Made by a program: the position numbers and the translations under genes | Notes under the pieces: generated by a model | The model's input: the letters and a program-made list of their open reading frames with translations, nothing else | What the model was told of the DNA's origin: nothing | The model's database searches: none | Shown here: piece after piece, positions 63,748 through 64,000 of the stretch | How positions within the stretch are numbered: the first letter of the stretch is position 1 | Layout of the letters: each line of letters opens with the position of its first letter | Assembly: GCF_964355755.1 (NCBI RefSeq) | Contig: NC_092679.1 | Location: 8,028,201 to 8,092,200 of the forward strand | From: Antedon mediterranea | Taxonomy: Eukaryota > Animalia > Echinodermata | DNA: 64,000 nucleotides | Reading direction: 5' to 3'

Positions 63748-64000
63748 TCAATTATGGTACATCTTTAATATACAGCTGGTTAAGGTATCCATGTATCGTT
63801 CTTGCACTGGTTGCAACCTTTGCTGTCTACACAAAAAGAAAACATTATGTCACAATTTACAAAGAATCTGTTGGCACAAACTTGATTAATGTTTACTTAC
63901 TATTTAATGCATACATATTGTCTCATATTTACCTTCGAAAGCTGTCCAAAAATTTACAGTTGTTATTGTATGCATTTAAAAATGCTGCCATATCTTTAGC
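63748..64000 (-). CDS. Last two exons of an unidentified gene extending beyond the window (>64000-63933, 63826-63748)
   Basis: Single open frame AKDMAAFLNAYNNNCKFLDSFR|RQQRLQPVQERYMDTLTSCILKMYHN* joined by a phase-consistent GT-AG intron; family not recognised. Confidence 0.55.

Noticed and set aside
1-64000. Autonomous transposase, Rep/helicase or reverse transcriptase gene
   Set aside because: No long ORF or recognisable catalytic motif in any element.

Overview
AT-rich, intron-containing animal DNA (invertebrate, deuterostome-like; the species cannot be determined from the sequence). Seven complete spliced housekeeping genes can be assembled by hand from GT-AG exons: TMEM179-like (-), PRPF39 (+), GNMT (-), MRPL49 (-), FAU (+), RAB15-like (-) and UBXN1 (+). 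The 3' end of an unidentified gene (-) lies at the right edge. Three pairs are head-to-head. Introns and intergenic DNA hold many non-autonomous elements (Helitron, Helentron/HINE, P-, Kolobok-, Sola-, Academ-, Merlin- and hAT-like), often nested, plus a 5S rRNA+tRNA chimeric SINE. Two abutting satellites (~184 and ~195 bp units, ~10.6 kb) fill the RAB15/UBXN1 interval. The most notable observations are: tandem duplications spanning the stop codon in three genes; probable P-element excision footprints; TAGGCCTA micro-insertions clustered near promoters and TEs; a degenerate hammerhead ribozyme; a template-switch hairpin; and a multi-level transposon nest inside the first intron of FAU. All coordinates were read by eye, and superfamily calls rest on termini and TSD rules only. 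Most ORFs in the supplied track are spurious.
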